Assembly (NCBI GenBank): GCA_964016885.1 | Contig: OZ024745.1 | Location: 84,692,001 to 84,756,000 of the forward strand | DNA: 64,000 nucleotides | Direction: 5' to 3' | From: Eledone cirrhosa | Lineage: Eukaryota | Shown: positions 58,498 through 64,000 of the stretch, in pieces | Position numbering within the stretch: position 1 is the first letter of the stretch | Layout of the letters: each line of letters opens with the position of its first letter | Position numbers and translations under genes: made by a program | Notes under the pieces: generated by a model | The model's database searches: none | Seen by the model: the letters and a program-made list of their open reading frames with translations, nothing else | Told to the model about the DNA's origin: nothing

Positions 58498-59600
58498 CTA
58501 ATGGATACGGTTTAAACTACCAGAACTTTTAGGTCTATAATAGAAGAAAGAATTAGAAATGGCATGGGGACAGGAAGAAAATATTTCAGACTTTCTATTA
58601 AGCAATACGCTCCTAGAGAAAATTATAGAGTGGGTCTCTAGGATACAGAGATTACAGAATTTAGTGTGTGTTGATAGGTGATTAGAGTCTGCTACTATAC
58701 GCCAATTCAGGCTACATGGTATACCAGCCCCTTTAAGATCCCAGATATGGTGTGCTAAAGAAGTAGAGTTCTTAAACTTAATATGCTTAAAATTAGAAAT
58801 ATGAGAATTAAACCTAGTTTTAAAAGTATTAGATGGGAGCCTATATATGTGCTATTAGAAGAATTAGTCTTAACTTCACAAGCATAAACAATGTTCCTAG
58901 AGAGGCAGTGACCATTTAAAGGGCAGTTAAAACTTACTCTACAGTTACACTTCCGGGTGCTATTGACCGGCTGAATGAGTGATGCATTACTCCTAGGGTT
59001 ATTATAAGATAAGGTCTGCTCAGGTGGTAAGGCATTAATGGATCTATCTAGACTAGTAGTACGCAAAGAGGAGTAGCTGTCCCTAATTTTCCTATTGTTA
59101 GTGTTAGCTAAATGAGAACTAATATTAGGGGTAGTAGAGAATGATAGTTTAATTACATTTTTATTAAAGATACCATGGTATTTATTAGTAGGAGGGAAAT
59201 TTTTCTCTAAGATAGAAAAGAAAGACCTAGGGATGTTAGTTAATACTTCATGATCATAAGGCGAGTTAAAGTAAGTATTGAGTCTCCTATTATTTCTATC
59301 TTTACTATCTCTACCGTTATCCAGTATCCCATTAATAGGATCAGGGTTACTACGAGGACTAGTTGAAACAACACTATTAGAAGCAGCTAAAACCCTATTG
59401 AGTCTCCTTCTGTTTCTACCTTTACTATATCTACTGTTATCTGGAATCATATCAATAGGATCAGGGTTACTAGTAGGATCAGTTGAAACAACACTATTAG
59501 AATTAGTAAAAACATTACCACTGGGTGAACGATCAGAGTGCCTAACTTGTTCCCTAGAACTAATCTCGAAAGGTGTAACATTAGACTCACTATTACGATT
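58498..59600 (-). pseudogene. Naiad-like PLE C-terminal region with GIY-YIG endonuclease, frameshifted
   Basis: YFNSPY..IFNKNVIKLSFSTTPN..CNCRVSFNCPLNGHCLSRNIVYAC..TYIGS, then in a shifted frame FKTRFNSH..CNLCILE..LLNRKSE..CPH..SLNRIH*. Confidence 0.9.
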
Positions 59601-59798
59601 ACGGTAACTTAACCTAGGGATGGGTTTGGATATACCTATGGGATTTCAGCGATTCTTATGCTTTCTACTCCCATTCATGGCCATATTATGGGATATTATG
59701 TTATTATTATTATGGGTAAACGGAGACTTTCTAAGGTTGTTCTCATTATAATTTATTTTACCAGAGTAACCATATATATATATGTATATATATATATA

Positions 59799-62700
59799 TT
59801 GACCAGTTTAATTTTCTTGATTTTTTTAGTTGATTCTATTGAGTTGATTCCTTGTATTAACATTGAAATAAAACCTGTTGAGAAAGTGGCTTCCTTGTTC
59901 AATCATCTTACCAGAAGCCTGACATTATTTATGTAAGCGGACGGTACTTGATTTAGAAGCCGGAGAAACCCATATACTGGATTTTACCAACCTTCCAGGG
60001 GTCCTGGTAAATTTCAATACCCGAAGTACTTGATCGTTTTTTTGGATATGCGAATGATTGTTTAACCATCGTCTCAGTGTGTTTGGCCTTTAACGTTTGT
60101 TATAACTCTGGTTCATCTGAATAATTGAGCACTTGCCGCACATCCCGGAGGTTGTTTTTCGTTATTTCGTGGGCCGAAATGCGAATCTCGATAATTTATG
60201 TTTGTATTATTCTCCAGACTCTAGCTATTGGCCAGTTAATTTTCTTGATGTTTTTAGTTGATTCTATTGACTGATGAATAGCTTATGTTAATTTTAACCC
60301 TCTGTTGAGAACTCTATTCGATTTGGGATGTTTTTGCATTCTTGCAAAAATATACACGACTGAATTCATACGCCTGATATAGGGGTTTCCTCCCTTGCCG
60401 ATCCCCACGTGGGGTCAGCAATAGTCAGTCCTTGTATTAACATTGAACTAAAAGCTGTTGAGAAAAAGGCTTCCTTGTTCAATCATCTTACCAGAAGCCT
60501 GACATTATTTATGTAAGGGGACGGTACTTGACTTAGAAGCCGCAGAAACCCATATACTGGATTTTACCAACTTTCCAGGGGTCCGGGTAAATTTTCAATA
60601 CCCGAATTAGTTGATGGTTTTTATTGAATATGCAAATGATTGTTTAACCATCGTCTCAGTGTGTTTGGTCTTTACCGTTTGTTATAGCTCTGGTTCATCT
60701 GAATCCTCGAGCACTTGCCGCACATCTCGAAGGTTGTTTTTCGTTATTTCGTGGACCGAAATGCGAATCTCGATAATTTATGTTTGTATTATTCTCCAGA
60801 CTCTAGCAATTGACCAGTTAATTTTCTTGATTTTTTAGTTGATTCTATTGACTGATGAATAGCGTATGTTAATTTTAACCCTTCTGTTGAGAACTCTATG
60901 CGATTTGTGATGTTTTTGCATTCTTGCAAAAATATACACGACTGAATTCATACGCCTGATATAGGGGTTCCCTCCCTAGCTGATCCCCACGTGGGTCAGC
61001 AATAGACAGTCCTTGTATTAACATTGAACTAAAACCTGTTGAGAAAGTGGCTTCCTTGTTCAATCATCTTACCAGCTGGCTGACATTATTTATGTAAGCG
61101 GACGGTACTTGATTTAGGTGCCACAGAAACCCATATACTGGATTTTACCAACCTTCCAGGGATCCGGGTAAATTTTCAATACCCGAATTACTTGATCGTT
61201 TTTTTGGATATGCGAATGATTGTTTAACCATCGTCTCAGTGTTTTAACGTTTGTTATAACTCTGGTTCATCTGAATCATTGAGCACTTGCCGCACATCTC
61301 GGAGGTTGGTTTTCGTTATTTCGTGGGCCGAAATGCGAATCTCGATAATTTATGTTTGTATTATTCTCCAGACTCTAGCTATTGGCCAGTTAAGTTTCTT
61401 GATGTTTTTAGTTGATTCTATTGACTGATGAATAGCTTATGTTAATTTTAATCCTTCTGTTGAGAACTCTATTCGATTTGTGATGTTTTTGCATTCTTGC
61501 AAAAGTATACACGACTGAATTCATACGCCTGATATAGGGGTTTCCCGCCTTGTCGATCCCCACGTGGGGTCAGCAATAGTCAGTCCTTGTATTAACATTG
61601 AACTAAAAGCTGTTGAGAAAGTGGCTTCCTTGTTCAATCATCTTACCAGAAGCCTGACATTATTTATCTAAGCGGACGGTACTTGATTTAGGAGCCGCAG
61701 AAACCCATATACTGGATTTTACCAACCTTCCAGGGGTCCGGGTAAATTTTCAATACCCGAATTAGTTGATCGTTTTTTTTTGGATATGAGAATGATTGTT
61801 TAACCATCGTCTCAGAGTGTTTGGCCTTTACCGTTTGTCATAGCTCTGGTTCATCTGAATCCTCGAGCACTTGCCGCACATCTCGAAGGTTGTTTTTCGT
61901 TATTTCGTGGGCCCAAATGCGAATCTCGATAATTTATGTTTGTATTATTCTCCAGACTCTAGCAATTGACCAGTTAATTTTCTTGATTTTTTTAGTTGAT
62001 TCTATTGACTGATGAATAGCGTATGTTAATTTTAACCCTTCTGTTGAGAACTCTATTCGATTTGTGATGTTTTTGCATTCTTACAAAAATATACACGACT
62101 GAATTCATACGCCTGATAGAGGGGTTGCCTCCCTAGCTGATCCCCACGTGGGTCAGCAATAGTCAGTCCCTGTATTAACATTGAACTACAACCTGTTGAG
62201 AAAGTGGCTTCCTTGTTCAATCATCTTACCAGCTGGCTGACATTATTTATGTAAGCGGACGGTACTTGATTTAGGTGCCACAGAAACCCATATACTGGAT
62301 TTTACCAACCTTCCAGGGATCCGGGTAAATTTTCAATACCCGAATTACTTGATCGTTTTTTTGGATATGCGAATGATTGTTTAACCATCGTCTCAGTGTT
62401 TTAACGTTTGTTATAACTCTGGTTCATCTGAATCATTGAGCACTTGCCGCACATCTCGGAGGTTGGTTTTCGTTATTTCGTGGGCCGAAATGCGAATCTC
62501 GATAATTTATTTTTGTATTATTCTCCAGACTCTAGCAATTGACCAGTTAATTTTCTTCATTTTTTAGTTGATTCTATTGACTGATGAATAGCGTATTTTA
62601 ATTTTAACCCTTCTGTTGAGAACTCTATTCGATTTGTGATGTTTTTGCATTCTTACAAAAATATACACGACTGAATTCATACGCCTGATATAGGGGTTGC

Positions 62701-64000
62701 CTCCCTAGCTGATCCCCACGTGGGTCAGCAATAGTCAGTCCTTGTATTAACATTGAACTACAACCTGTTGAGAAAGTGGCTTCCTTGATCAATCATCTTA
62801 CCAACTGGCTGACATTATTTATGTAAGCGGACGGTACTTGATTTAGGTGCGGCAGAAACCCATATACTGGATTTTACCAACCTTCCAGGGGTCCGGGTAA
62901 ATTTTCAATACCCGAATTACTTGATCGTTTTTTTGGATATGCGAATGATTGTTTAACCATCGTCTCAGTGTGTTTGGCCTTTAACGTTTGTTATAACTCT
63001 GGTTCATCTGAATCATTGAGCAATTGCCGCACATCTCGGAGGTTGTTTTTCGTTATTTCGTGGGCCGAAATGCGAATCTCGATAATTTATGTTTGTATTA
63101 TTCTCTAGACTCTAGCTATTGGCTAGTTAATTTTCTTGACGTTTTTAGTTGATTCTATTGACTGATGAATAGCTTATGTTAATTTTAACCCTCTGTTGAG
63201 AACTCTATTCGATTTGTGATGTTTTTGCATTCTTGCAAAAATATACACGACTGAATTCATACGCCTGATATAGGGGCTTCTTCCCTCGCCGATCCCCACC
63301 TGGGGTCAGCAATAGTCATTCCTTGTATTAACATTGAACTAAAACCTGTTGAGAAAGAGGCTTCCTTGTTCAATCATCTTACCAGCTGGCTGACAATATT
63401 TATGTAAGCGGACGGTACTTGATTTAGGTGCCGCAGAAACCCATATACTGGATTTTACCAACCTTCCAGGGGCCCGGGTAAATTTTCAATACCCGAATTA
63501 CTTGATCGTTTTTTTGGATATGCGAATGATTGTTTAACCATCGTCTCAGTGTGTTTGGCCTTTAACGTTTGTTATAACTCTGGTTCATCTGAATCATTGA
63601 GAACTTGCCGCACATCTCGGAGGTTGTTTTTCGTTATTTCGTGGGCCGAAATGCGAATCTCGATAATTTATGTTTGTATTATTCTCCTGACTCTAGCTAT
63701 TGGCCAGTTAATTTTCTTGATGTTTTTAGTTGATTCTATTGACTGATGAATAGCTTATGTTAATTTTAACCCTTCTGTTGAGAACTCTATTCGATTTGTG
63801 ATGTTTTTGCATTCTTACAAAAGTATACACGACTGAATTCAGACGCCTGATATAGGGGTTTCCCCCCTTGCCGATCCCCACGTGGGGTCAGCAATAGTCA
63901 GTCCTTGTATTAACATTGAACTAAAAGCTGTTGAGAAAGTGGATTCCTTGTTCAATCATCTTACCAGAAGGCTGACATTATTTATGTAAGCGGACGGTAC
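59799..64000 (+). repeat. Satellite 2: tandem array of ~571-584 bp monomers (~7 copies), running off the window end
   Basis: cttgtattaacattgaa (or a 1-nt variant) recurs at 59851, 60431, 61012, 61586, 62170, 62741, 63322 and 63904. Confidence 0.98.

Larger units (their letters stand above)
56596..59640 (-). mobile_element. 5'-truncated Naiad-like PLE (linker, GIY-YIG, long 3' UTR, hammerhead)
   Basis: ORF remnant from 58498 to ~59600, (TAAAAA)n at 57139-57340, a hammerhead at 56742-56786, and a 3' end running into (TA)n. The 5' boundary is approximate. Confidence 0.88.

Noticed and set aside
60265-60325. CTGATGA-ATAG..CTAT in satellite 2 as a canonical hammerhead
   Set aside because: It is followed by TCGATT rather than GAAA, and no stem I or III was found.
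60611-63746. 63-75 aa ORFs in satellite 2
   Set aside because: They use inconsistent non-ATG starts, are broken in other monomers and have no recognisable homology.

Overview
AT-rich animal genomic DNA with no recognisable host gene. The tRNA-derived SINE and the (TA)n load suggest an octopod cephalopod (inference). There are three zones. (1) 1-34.57 kb is a ~526-bp satellite of ~66 monomers. (2) 34.6-59.8 kb is a cluster of Penelope-like retroelements (PLEs; Naiad-like and Neptune/Nematis-like, RT + GIY-YIG) and two SINEs, nearly all bounded by (TA)n tracts. (3) 59.8-64 kb is a second ~580-bp satellite. Main observation: the satellite-1 monomer folds on the + strand into a type I hammerhead ribozyme (ACUCC-CUGAUGA-stem II-GAAA-CUAAUUAG-UU-GGAGU) plus long G.U-containing hairpins. 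The array therefore looks like a large retrozyme-type (self-cleaving, possibly circular RNA) satellite. It lies beside hammerhead-bearing PLEs that could mobilise it, and it ends in the same (TA)n target. The PLE hammerheads include non-canonical cores (CAGA/CCGA), and a covarying bulged hairpin recurs near Naiad-like 3' ends. All folds were done by eye and activity is untested.
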